53,692 nucleotides of DNA from an uncultured Verrucomicrobiales bacterium (lineage in GTDB: Bacteria > Verrucomicrobiota > Verrucomicrobiia > Limisphaerales > UBA1100). Shown in pieces: positions 35,983 through 44,089 of this stretch. A program made the position numbers and the translations under genes. The notes under the pieces are model-generated. The model was not told the origin of the DNA, ran no database searches, and was given only the letters and a program-made list of their open reading frames with translations. The DNA lies in the NCBI GenBank assembly GCA_913042895.1, contig CAJWMQ010000002.1:1-53692 (forward strand), given 5' to 3'. The stretch's first letter is position 1. Each line of letters starts with the position of its first letter.

Positions 35983-36442
35983 CCTCGGAGTCGCCCTCCT
36001 CTTCCCGGCTTTGATTGATCTGCTCAAGCACCTCGCTCATGTCCTCCACTTCGGCAAAGAGCGTGCTGCTGACATACACGGGAATTTTCTGGGACGCGGC
36101 AATGGCTAGGCAATCGCTTGGACGCGCGTCGAGCTCCACGATCTTGGTGCCCAGCTCATTCTCCATCTTGAGAATCATGCGGGCGAAGTAGGTGGAATTC
36201 TTGAGTTCCGTCACCACCACCCGCTCCACTTCAATACCGAATCCCTGAAAGACATTCGACATGAGATCATGGGTGAGGGGGCGTTCCTTGGGAGCATCGC
36301 TTAGAAAATTGCCGATCACCTGCGCCATGGCGGCCTCCACCTGAATGATGAAAACCTTCTCCTCGTCGCCAAGAAATATCGCAGCACCGCTATGGGCCGG
36401 CAGAATGCCGCGAATCTGGACCAGCGTGACCTCCGCGTTCAC
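35975..36442 (-). CDS. Bifunctional nuclease family protein (DUF151/BFN)
   Basis: FLGDEEKVFIIQVEAAMAQ...ERPLTHDL...VVVTELKNSTYFARM...ELDARPSDCLAIA matches the BFN domain. GTG start. An acidic tail follows. Confidence 0.8.
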   Translation of the reverse strand: MNAEVTLVQIRGILPAHSGAAIFLGDEEKVFIIQVEAAMAQVIGNFLSDAPKERPLTHDLMSNVFQGFGIEVERVVVTELKNSTYFARMILKMENELGTKIVELDARPSDCLAIAASQKIPVYVSSTLFAEVEDMSEVLEQINQSREEEGDSEDE

Positions 36443-36507
36443 GTCCCGAATCTACGCCGCGCCCGCCCGATTGACAAGCCCTTGCCCACTACGGCAGGAT
36501 TCGCCTG

Positions 36508-36993
36508 TTGAATTTTCAGGAAAAAATTCTCTCTGTCGATTCCCTGCCCGCCTGGCGAGAGGCACTCCGAGCGCAGGGCAAACCGCTGGCCGCTACCAAC
36601 GGATGCTTTGATATTCTCCATGCCGGCCACGTGAATTACCTCCAAGCCGCGCGCAATGAAGCAGCCGCCCTGATCGTGGGTTTGAACAGCGACCGTTCAG
36701 TCAACGAACTCAAGGGACCCGATCGCCCCATCCATTCTGAGACCGACCGCGCCGCCGTGATCGCCGCCCTCGAAGCCGTGGATGCGGTCTTCATTTTCGA
36801 TGAACTGCGCGCCACCACATTTCTGGAACTGGCCCAGCCTAATGTTTACGTAAAAGGCGGTGATTATGAGGTGGAAAATCTGCCCGCCGAGGAACGCGCC
36901 GTGATCGCTGCGCAAGGCGGCCGCATTACGGTGCTCGGTCATGTGCCCGGTAAATCCTCCAGCGACATCGCCCGCCGGATCCTTGCCGACTGA
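36508..36993 (+). CDS. rfaE2: D-glycero-beta-D-manno-heptose 1-phosphate adenylyltransferase (RfaE domain II type)
   Basis: TNGCFDILHAGHVNYL, VGLNSDRSVNELKGPDRP and VKGGDY are cytidylyltransferase motifs. TTG start. Confidence 0.85.
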   Translation: MNFQEKILSVDSLPAWREALRAQGKPLAATNGCFDILHAGHVNYLQAARNEAAALIVGLNSDRSVNELKGPDRPIHSETDRAAVIAALEAVDAVFIFDELRATTFLELAQPNVYVKGGDYEVENLPAEERAVIAAQGGRITVLGHVPGKSSSDIARRILAD

Positions 36994-37038
36994 CACTTCC
37001 CGCTTGCCAAGCCCGCCTTCTCTCTGGCAGGTTCGGAC

Positions 37039-38610
37039 ATGGAGGCTCAACAGAACCCTTCGGATACTGATTCCCAGTTTTATCTGCCCGCGGACACCTT
37101 CTTCCCGCGGCACGCCGACATCGGCCTTACCTACGACGACGTCACCCTCGCCACGCTGTATTCCGACATCCTGCCACGCGATGCCGTGCTGGACACCTCT
37201 CTTGCCGAAGGCCTCAATTTGCATCTACCCATTGTCTCCGCCGACATGGATACCGTCACCGAACACCGCATGGCCATCGCCATGGCGCTCAACGGCGGCC
37301 TTGGCCTCATTCATTACAACATGACTGAGAAACAGCAGCTCAAGGAAGTTAGCCGCGTTAAAAACCATGTGCATGGGTTGATTCAAGAACCCATCACCGT
37401 CACGCCCGAACTGAGCGTGGGCGATGTGCTCGAGATCATTGAGGACCGCCGTTACGCCTTCAGTACCTTTCCCGTGGTGGACGACAACGGCCGCCTTTCC
37501 GGTCTGCTCTCCGGCAGCGTGGTGAAACCACGCTACGCCGACCGCCACGTCGCTAAGGCCGCCATCCCACGCGACAAGGTCCATACCATAAAGCAAAAGG
37601 ACCTTGACCCGGATCCAATTAAGGTGGCCGACCGATTTTTCACCGATCATCCCGGCATTAACAAACTGTTGGTGGTGGATGACGATGACCGCCTGCACGG
37701 CCTGTTTACATTGAGCGATCTAGAACGCATCACGCAGGAGGCCTCAGCGCAGTTCAAACCCGCGCGGGACGACCTATTCCAGCTCCTTTGCGGCGCGGCT
37801 ATATCTGCCACGCGCAATAAGAGTGGCGATCTTGATCGGGACCGCATTATAAACCATGTCAGCGCCCTCGTGGATCGCGGCGTGGATGTTGCTGCCGTCT
37901 CCACCGCCCACGGCCATAGCGCCGGGGTCGGCGATACGGTCCGGCTCATTCGCGACGCGTTCCCTAACCTGCCCATCATCGCCGGTAACGTCACCAGCGG
38001 GGCCGGCGTGGAATACCTAGCCGCAGCCGGAGCCAACTGCATCAAGATCGGTCAGGGCCCCGGATCCATTTGCACCACGCGCGTGGTGGCTGGTGTTGGC
38101 ATCCCTCAACTGACAGCCCTCTACACCGCCGCCCAAAGCGCCCGGTCCAAGGGCGTGACCCTCCTCGCTGATGGCGGCATCACCAAGAGCGGAGACATTG
38201 TTAAGGCGCTCACCCTTGCCGATGGCATCATCTGTGGCGGTCTACTCGCAGGCTGCCAGGAATCGCCCGGCGACATCGTTGAGATTAGCGGCAAACGCTA
38301 CAAACAATACCGTGGTATGGGCAGTCTCGCCGCCATGAAAGCCGGCAGCGCCGCACGCTACGGGCATTCCAACAAGGACACCACCCGCAAGGCAACCGCC
38401 GAGGGTGTAGAGGCGCTCAAGGAAGTCTCCGGTTCAGTCGATCAAACCGTCCAGCAACTCGCCGGCGGCATCCAAAGCGGCATGGGATATTTGGGTGCGA
38501 CCAATCTGAAAGCTCTCCGGAGCCAAGCCCGCTACATTCGCCTCAGCCCAGCCGGCCTGCACGAAAGCAATCCCCACGACGTCATCGAGGTCAAAGCTAC
38601 CCAGGCTTAA
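37039..38610 (+). CDS. guaB: Inosine-5-prime-monophosphate dehydrogenase
   Basis: [19 protein letters not shown], a CBS pair, the catalytic loop [13 protein letters not shown], and GGIT.SGD. Confidence 0.95.
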   Translation: MEAQQNPSDTDSQFYLPADTFFPRHADIGLTYDDVTLATLYSDILPRDAVLDTSLAEGLNLHLPIVSADMDTVTEHRMAIAMALNGGLGLIHYNMTEKQQLKEVSRVKNHVHGLIQEPITVTPELSVGDVLEIIEDRRYAFSTFPVVDDNGRLSGLLSGSVVKPRYADRHVAKAAIPRDKVHTIKQKDLDPDPIKVADRFFTDHPGINKLLVVDDDDRLHGLFTLSDLERITQEASAQFKPARDDLFQLLCGAAISATRNKSGDLDRDRIINHVSALVDRGVDVAAVSTAHGHSAGVGDTVRLIRDAFPNLPIIAGNVTSGAGVEYLAAAGANCIKIGQGPGSICTTRVVAGVGIPQLTALYTAAQSARSKGVTLLADGGITKSGDIVKALTLADGIICGGLLAGCQESPGDIVEISGKRYKQYRGMGSLAAMKAGSAARYGHSNKDTTRKATAEGVEALKEVSGSVDQTVQQLAGGIQSGMGYLGATNLKALRSQARYIRLSPAGLHESNPHDVIEVKATQA

Positions 38611-38831
38611 AACTGCACGGAATTATTCATGCGCCCGCATTCCGGACACAACGACCGCTCCACATCCGCGTCATCGGTGTAAACATAGTCGCATTCCTCA
38701 CACCGGAACACCTGATCGCCGCTGGATTCCGGCGTGAAATCTGATTCCGGCCGGCGCGTATAATAGGCCACCACCACCCAGCCCGCCAAAAGCAGGAGCA
38801 AAAACGCGAAGATTAATTCCGAAGGATTCAT
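38607..38831 (-). CDS. Small membrane-anchored zinc-ribbon protein (74 aa)
   Basis: N-terminal TM segment [19 protein letters not shown], then CEEC-x17-CPEC. The ATG at 38831 forms an ATGA overlap with the stop of the TonB-like gene. Confidence 0.55.
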   Translation of the reverse strand: MNPSELIFAFLLLLLAGWVVVAYYTRRPESDFTPESSGDQVFRCEECDYVYTDDADVERSLCPECGRMNNSVQF

Positions 38832-39577
38832 CGCGGAAATCGCTCCTTCACATTGGTCACGGAAGCCGGATCCGTGTGCCATTGAAACACCAACTCTCCG
38901 GAAGCGTACGCCGTGGAGTTAGTGATGGCGTTAAACCGGATTTCCTTTAACGCCAATTCCATTGCCGCTGTATCGGCCGGCGCGTGTCCGGACTCAGCCA
39001 GTAAGACTCCGTTCATAACGCGCCCCATGGAATCCACCAAAACATGCACGCGCGTCGGCCGCAGGAAGGTGTCGTGTTCCCAGGCTGCTTTCAACGCAAC
39101 CACCCCAACTAAAGTGCGCTCAGCCAAGCCTCCCCTTAAAACCAAACGGCTCTCTCCTTCCCGACGCAGTGGCGGCACGCTGATGCGCGTGAGCTTCGGC
39201 GCGGGTTTTTCAAACGAACGAAATTCAGGTACGGGATTTTTCTCCAAAGCTTCCTGAATGATCGTCTCCACCACGTTGGTTTCCGGTGGCAATGGAATAT
39301 CCGGCGGGGTCCAGCGGGCGAATTGATGTTGCAAGGGTTTCGGCTTCAACCAGATGGCGGAAAAACCATTTGTGCGCGGTTGCCCCAAAGACATGGGCTC
39401 TTCCAAGGCCAGTGCCTCCACAAGCGCAGGATCCACTTGCACCAGCGATGCTTCATCACGGTTTCCTTGATCAGGTTTACCGGAAGATACCCACCACAGG
39501 AGCACGGCCTGCACCCCGAACACCACCGCCACCCACCAACCCCATTGCGAGGATTCGCTGGAGTCCGATTCGTTCAT
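38828..39577 (-). CDS. TonB-family energy transducer-like protein
   Basis: One N-terminal TM segment, a Pro-rich mid region (WTPPDIPLPPE), and a C-terminus VHVLVDSMGRVMNGVLLAESGHAPADTAAMELALKEIRF resembling the TonB C-domain. ATGA overlap with exbD. Confidence 0.6.
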   Translation of the reverse strand: MNESDSSESSQWGWWVAVVFGVQAVLLWWVSSGKPDQGNRDEASLVQVDPALVEALALEEPMSLGQPRTNGFSAIWLKPKPLQHQFARWTPPDIPLPPETNVVETIIQEALEKNPVPEFRSFEKPAPKLTRISVPPLRREGESRLVLRGGLAERTLVGVVALKAAWEHDTFLRPTRVHVLVDSMGRVMNGVLLAESGHAPADTAAMELALKEIRFNAITNSTAYASGELVFQWHTDPASVTNVKERFPR

Positions 39578-39996
39578 TCGAATAACCTTGGCCGTGCCGC
39601 CAACCAGGTTTGGCGTACACCCACGGCTTGCGCGGCGTCCGCCAAGCGAGTGATTTTTTCATACGAAACAGACTTGTCCGCTTTTAATACCAATAACAAA
39701 CCGGATTTCCCAGACTGTTTCGCCAACTGCCCCAATTGCTTTTCCAATTCCGGCAACTCGATTTGTTGATTCCGAAAATACAACCGTGCCTGATGATCCA
39801 TCGCCACCATGGTGGAATGGGAAAACCCCTTGGGGATTCCTGAGCCACCTTCAGGCAACCGCACCAGCGATGCTCCCTCGGTGAGCAACAAAGCCGAGTT
39901 GGACAATAAATAAAAGAGGAGCATGAACATCACCCCTGCCAAGGCCACTGCCGACGGTGCATCGCATAAAAATTTATGACTGCGCCTGAACTTCAT
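39574..39996 (-). CDS. exbD: ExbD/TolR-family biopolymer transport protein
   Basis: A 140-aa protein with a single N-terminal TM segment and LVLKADKSVSYEKITRLADA, typical of ExbD. ATGA overlap with exbB. Confidence 0.8.
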   Translation of the reverse strand: MKFRRSHKFLCDAPSAVALAGVMFMLLFYLLSNSALLLTEGASLVRLPEGGSGIPKGFSHSTMVAMDHQARLYFRNQQIELPELEKQLGQLAKQSGKSGLLLVLKADKSVSYEKITRLADAAQAVGVRQTWLAARPRLFE

Positions 39997-40667
39997 ACTT
40001 CCTCAAACAATTCCGGCCCAGCTTCCTCTACTTCGGGTTTCGCTGGCAACGCCGTCTTACGCCGACCACGACGGGCCGGACCCTCAAGTTCACTGACCAT
40101 CCGCAAGGCCCGCAAACCGGCCTTCTCCATATCAATTACGATACTGCCCACCACTGCCACTAAATGATTATACCCAACGAAGCACGGCACCCCGACTGCC
40201 AGGCCCAGAGCCAACGGCATCATGGCCTTTGCAAAATGAGCGTGATGATCGGTAATCACCGTTTCGCCCGTTTCCATAAATCCCAGCACTGCGCCCAGCA
40301 ACCCTAGCAACGGTGCCACCTGCCCCAGCGTAGCCAGGATCCCAAGCCGTTGCTCCAAACGTGCCACTTCTTCGCTGCCTTGTTGACCCAGAATCTCCTT
40401 CACCTCATCGCGGGCCAACCGATGGTTTTCCAAAACCGTCTTCACAACACGCGCGGTCGGGCTGGGGGTGGCGTCGCAGATGCCGATGGCTTCGACGAGG
40501 TTGTTCTGGCTGAGCACGTTCTTCAAACCGCCAAGCAGCGCGGTGGTGTTGATCTGCACGCGGTGATAGTTGAGGCGGCGTTCCACGAACACCACCACCC
40601 CCAAAGCGCTGGCGGCCAACAGCACCCACACCATCGGCCCACCCTGCAGCAATGTCGCAGCTAACAT
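39993..40667 (-). CDS. exbB: MotA/TolQ/ExbB proton-channel family protein
   Basis: Three TM segments, LATLGQVAPLLGLLGAVLGF and LGLAVGVPCFVGYN. Confidence 0.85.
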   Translation of the reverse strand: MLAATLLQGGPMVWVLLAASALGVVVFVERRLNYHRVQINTTALLGGLKNVLSQNNLVEAIGICDATPSPTARVVKTVLENHRLARDEVKEILGQQGSEEVARLEQRLGILATLGQVAPLLGLLGAVLGFMETGETVITDHHAHFAKAMMPLALGLAVGVPCFVGYNHLVAVVGSIVIDMEKAGLRALRMVSELEGPARRGRRKTALPAKPEVEEAGPELFEEV

Positions 40668-40774
40668 GCCTGTTTGTAAAACAAGCCTCCGCCGCGGTCA
40701 CGCCCAAAGCCCTGCCAATAAGGCCGAATAACTTCCCCTTGCCGCTGTCTCCCGCCCCTTCGCATCATCAGCCC

Positions 40775-41155
40775 ATGGACCAGCCAGACCAACTTCGCGA
40801 ATTATTTCGCATGCAGAAATCCCTGAATGAACGCATCGGTGTGCATACTGACGCCATGACCGATGAACAGAAAACCGAGTGGGTACTCAACTACTCCCGC
40901 GCCATGACCCAGGAGATTGCCGAACTCACCGACAGTGTGCCGTGGAAATGGTGGGCCAAGTACCAGAAACTCGATGAGCAAAATGCCCGTGTTGAGGTGG
41001 TGGACCTGTTTCATTTCCTGATCAGTCTGGCCCAAGTATTGGGCATGAGCGCGGATGATGTGTTTGAAGCCTACCTGAAGAAAAACGAAGTTAACTTCCA
41101 GCGGCAAGACAGCGGCTACACGGAGAAGGACGAAAACGACTCCAAACACATTTGA
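40775..41155 (+). CDS. Dimeric all-alpha dUTPase family protein (dUTPase_2 / MazG-like NTP pyrophosphohydrolase)
   Basis: LRELFRMQKSLNERIG...EWVLNYSRAMTQEIAELTDSVPWKWW...EVVDLFHFLISLA fits the dimeric dUTPase family. The ATG at 40775 is preferred. Confidence 0.65.
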   Translation: MDQPDQLRELFRMQKSLNERIGVHTDAMTDEQKTEWVLNYSRAMTQEIAELTDSVPWKWWAKYQKLDEQNARVEVVDLFHFLISLAQVLGMSADDVFEAYLKKNEVNFQRQDSGYTEKDENDSKHI

Positions 41156-41161
41156 TTCGCC

Positions 41162-41725
41162 ATGCCCGCCACCACGCCACCGCCCGACCATCTGCGCCAG
41201 GAGGTGCAGAACGTGCTCATCGGAGAGACGGAAATCGCTGAGCGAGTACGTGAATTGGCAGCGGAGATTGAACGCGATTACGCCGACAAAGATTTGCTGA
41301 TGGTGGCGCTGCTCACCGGCACGGTTCCTTTTCTCGCCGATCTCATGCGCCACATCACCCTGCCCTTGCGGCTGGATTTCATGGGCGTGTCCAGCTATGG
41401 CGACGGCACTGCGCCGGGCGAACTGGTCTTCACCAAGGATCTCCGCCTCGAAGCACGGAACCGTGATGTGCTGCTGGTGGATGACATCCTCGATACCGGC
41501 CAAACCCTCCACGCGGTGCTCGGAAAGTTGATCGACCTGCAACCACGTAGCCTCAAGGCCTGTGTGTTGCTCGAGAAAACCTCGCGCCGCCAGGAAAAGG
41601 TCACGGCTAATTATGTCGGTTTCGAGGTGCCGGATGAATTTGTTGTCGGCTATGGTCTGGACTATGCCGAACGCTACCGCAACCTGCCGTTCATTGGCGT
41701 GCTCAAACCCGAGGTGTACTCATGA
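41162..41725 (+). CDS. hpt: Hypoxanthine phosphoribosyltransferase
   Basis: VLLVDDILDTGQTL is the PRPP-binding motif. VGFEVPDEFVVGYGLDY matches Hpt. Confidence 0.9.
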   Translation: MPATTPPPDHLRQEVQNVLIGETEIAERVRELAAEIERDYADKDLLMVALLTGTVPFLADLMRHITLPLRLDFMGVSSYGDGTAPGELVFTKDLRLEARNRDVLLVDDILDTGQTLHAVLGKLIDLQPRSLKACVLLEKTSRRQEKVTANYVGFEVPDEFVVGYGLDYAERYRNLPFIGVLKPEVYS

Positions 41726-41967
41726 CGGTTACGGTCAAATTCTGGTCCTACTTTAAGGATCACACCGAATGCGCCGAGACCTCACTGGAACTCCCCGCGG
41801 GCGCCACGCTGGGCGAGGCGCATGCTGTCGTAATCGCGCAATTCCCCGTGCTCGGCGACATGCAGAGCAGCACACTCAAGGCGGTGGGCGTAAATTATCA
41901 ACCGGACGAGTTTCTGCTCAGTGACGACGACGAAATCTCGCTATTCCCCCCCGTACAAGGCGGATGA
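41722..41967 (+). CDS. moaD: MoaD/ThiS-family sulfur carrier (molybdopterin synthase small subunit)
   Basis: An 81-aa protein ending FPPVQGG (C-terminal Gly-Gly). It overlaps hpt and moaE by 4 nt each. Confidence 0.8.
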   Translation: MTVTVKFWSYFKDHTECAETSLELPAGATLGEAHAVVIAQFPVLGDMQSSTLKAVGVNYQPDEFLLSDDDEISLFPPVQGG

Positions 41968-42362
41968 AAACACAACTCACGCTTACGCCTGATCCGATCG
42001 ATGAACCCGCGCTTATCGCCGAACGCGAAATGAGCGACGGCATGGGTGCCGCGTTGATCTTTCACGGCGTCGTACGCGCGCAGGAAGGTGAGGCGACTAT
42101 TGCGGCCATCGATTATGAGGTATTTGACGACATGGCCTGTCATCAGTTTGAATTGATCTTCGAGGAGATCGATCGCCAATGGCCGATTGAATCGGTGCGC
42201 GTGGTGCACCGCGTGGGAGTCGTGCCGGTCAATGAACCCTCGCTTTGGCTGGAACTCATCGCGCCCCACCGAGCGGAGGCCTTCCAGGCCTGCCAGTTTC
42301 TGATCAATGAAATGAAACAGCGCGTGCCGATTTGGAAGCGGCCCGTTGTCCTGTTAGCCTAG
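41964..42362 (+). CDS. moaE: Molybdopterin synthase catalytic subunit
   Basis: GAALIFHGVVR, the HR..AF.A motif (PHRAEAFQACQFLINEMKQRVPIWK), and a position downstream of moaD. Confidence 0.85.
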   Translation: MKTQLTLTPDPIDEPALIAEREMSDGMGAALIFHGVVRAQEGEATIAAIDYEVFDDMACHQFELIFEEIDRQWPIESVRVVHRVGVVPVNEPSLWLELIAPHRAEAFQACQFLINEMKQRVPIWKRPVVLLA

Positions 42363-43111
42363 GCCAACTCAATCCCCACCGGACAATGGTCTGAGCCCAT
42401 GACCTGCGGAAGAATAAACGCCTTCTTCAAACGCGGGCGCAAATTGGCTGATACCATGAAGTAATCAATCCGCCAGCCGACGTTGCGGGCGCGCGCATTG
42501 TTGAGATTGCTCCACCAGGTGTAATGCCCGCCGGCCGGTTCGAATTCCCGAAAGCTATCCAAAAAACCCGCCTTCACAAACGCGTCAAACCCCGTCCGTT
42601 CCTCCGCCGTGAAGCCGTGGGTGTTCTTGTTGGACTTCGGGTTTGCGAGATCGATCTCGGTATGGGCCACATTGAAATCGCCACAAAAAACAACCGGCTT
42701 ACGTCGCTTCAATTTTTTGAGATATGCCAGGAAGTCACGATCCCATTCCTGCCGATAAGGCAACCGCGCCAAGCTGCGCTGGGCGTTGGGCACGTAGACG
42801 TTCACCAAAAAGAAATCATCGTATTCCGTGGTAAGGACGCGCCCTTCACGATCGTGCTCAGCGATACCGATCCCTCGCGTCACCTTTAAGGGCGCCGGCT
42901 TGGTGAGGGTAAGCACGCCGGAGTAGCCCTTTTTCTCCGCCGGATTCCAGTGCGCCTCAAACGTGCGCGGCCAGTCCGGCTCCACCTGTTCCGGCAAGGC
43001 GCGACTTTCCTGGAGGCAAAGGATATCCGGACGCGCCTTGCGCACCCATTCGGCAAAGCCCTTTTTCTGAACGGCTCGCAGTCCGTTCACGTTCCAGGAA
43101 AAAATCTTCAC
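42359..43111 (-). CDS. xth: Exodeoxyribonuclease III
   Basis: (M)KIFSWNVNGLRA, LCLQE, GDFNVAH and SDHCPV motifs. The GTG at 43111 forms a TAGTG overlap with the purU stop. Confidence 0.9.
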   Translation of the reverse strand: MKIFSWNVNGLRAVQKKGFAEWVRKARPDILCLQESRALPEQVEPDWPRTFEAHWNPAEKKGYSGVLTLTKPAPLKVTRGIGIAEHDREGRVLTTEYDDFFLVNVYVPNAQRSLARLPYRQEWDRDFLAYLKKLKRRKPVVFCGDFNVAHTEIDLANPKSNKNTHGFTAEERTGFDAFVKAGFLDSFREFEPAGGHYTWWSNLNNARARNVGWRIDYFMVSANLRPRLKKAFILPQVMGSDHCPVGIELA

Positions 43112-43959
43112 TACACTTCCTTCACCACGCCCCAATGCACGTCCAGCCGTTTGGTGAGATAGAGCTTCACCGCCTTGAGCAGCGCCTTGGCCTCGCATTG
43201 CTGACCGGCGGCAACGATCTGCTTAAGGGTCATACCGGATTTAATGCGAAAACTTTCCTGGGCAATAATCGGTCCTTCGTCCAGTTGCATGCTCACGAAA
43301 TGGGCCGTGACGCCGGCGATCTTCACGCCGTGTTCGTACGCCTGCCGGTACGCCTGCGGACCCGGAAAACTTGGCAGCAGGGATGGATGAATGTTGATGA
43401 TCTTGTTCTTGTACCGCCACACGAAATCCGGTGAGAGGATTTTCATGAACCGCGCGAGCACCACGAAATCCACCTCGTGCTTGTCGAGAATCTCCAGTAC
43501 CCGCTTCTCGCCGCGCCGCCGGTCGACCCATGGCACGTGCACAAACGGCAGTTTGTGTTTCTTGGCCAAGGCCGCGAGATCTGGTCGGTTACCGATCATC
43601 ACCACCGGCTCAGCCTGCTTGAGCTGCCCCTTGGAAAAAGCCTCCAACAACGCCTTCGGGCACCTATCCTCACGCGTGACCATGATAGCCATCCGCTGTT
43701 TGCTGCCCGGCTCGGTGATACGCAAGCGCACCTCCATGCCGAGTTCCTTGCCCAACGCATTGAGCTGACGTTTGAGCGTGGCGGGCGCTTTGGCACCCAT
43801 TTTCCAAGATGCCTGGATGACCATGCTGAATTGGCCGCGTGTGACTTGTTCCTCCAAGGCCTCAATGTTGGCCTGTTGCTCAAAGAGAAACTCCGTCACC
43901 CGCGCCACCACACCGGTTTTATCCCGGCCGATCACGGTAATGGTTGCAAAACGCTGCAT
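43111..43959 (-). CDS. purU: Formyltetrahydrofolate deformylase
   Basis: ACT domain ITVIGRDKTGVVARVTEFL, and a formyltransferase core INIHPSLLPSFPG ... HFV. Start at the ATG at 43959 (the ORF extends to 44184). Confidence 0.9.
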   Translation of the reverse strand: MQRFATITVIGRDKTGVVARVTEFLFEQQANIEALEEQVTRGQFSMVIQASWKMGAKAPATLKRQLNALGKELGMEVRLRITEPGSKQRMAIMVTREDRCPKALLEAFSKGQLKQAEPVVMIGNRPDLAALAKKHKLPFVHVPWVDRRRGEKRVLEILDKHEVDFVVLARFMKILSPDFVWRYKNKIINIHPSLLPSFPGPQAYRQAYEHGVKIAGVTAHFVSMQLDEGPIIAQESFRIKSGMTLKQIVAAGQQCEAKALLKAVKLYLTKRLDVHWGVVKEV

Positions 43960-44089
43960 GGGCGCGCGAGCAAAGCAAACGGCCTGCCGCAAAGCAACCC
44001 GATTTCCGGGGAAACGGTGGACAAAAATTTCATACGTCCACGTACTATTGCCTTGTTTTTCACCCTCAAAACGGACATAAACCACCGCC

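Noticed and set aside
40802-41542. A 246-aa minus-strand ORF spanning the dUTPase-like and hpt genes.
   Set aside because: It runs antisense across two independent, motif-supported genes and their intergenic gap. The composition is typical of an antisense artefact.
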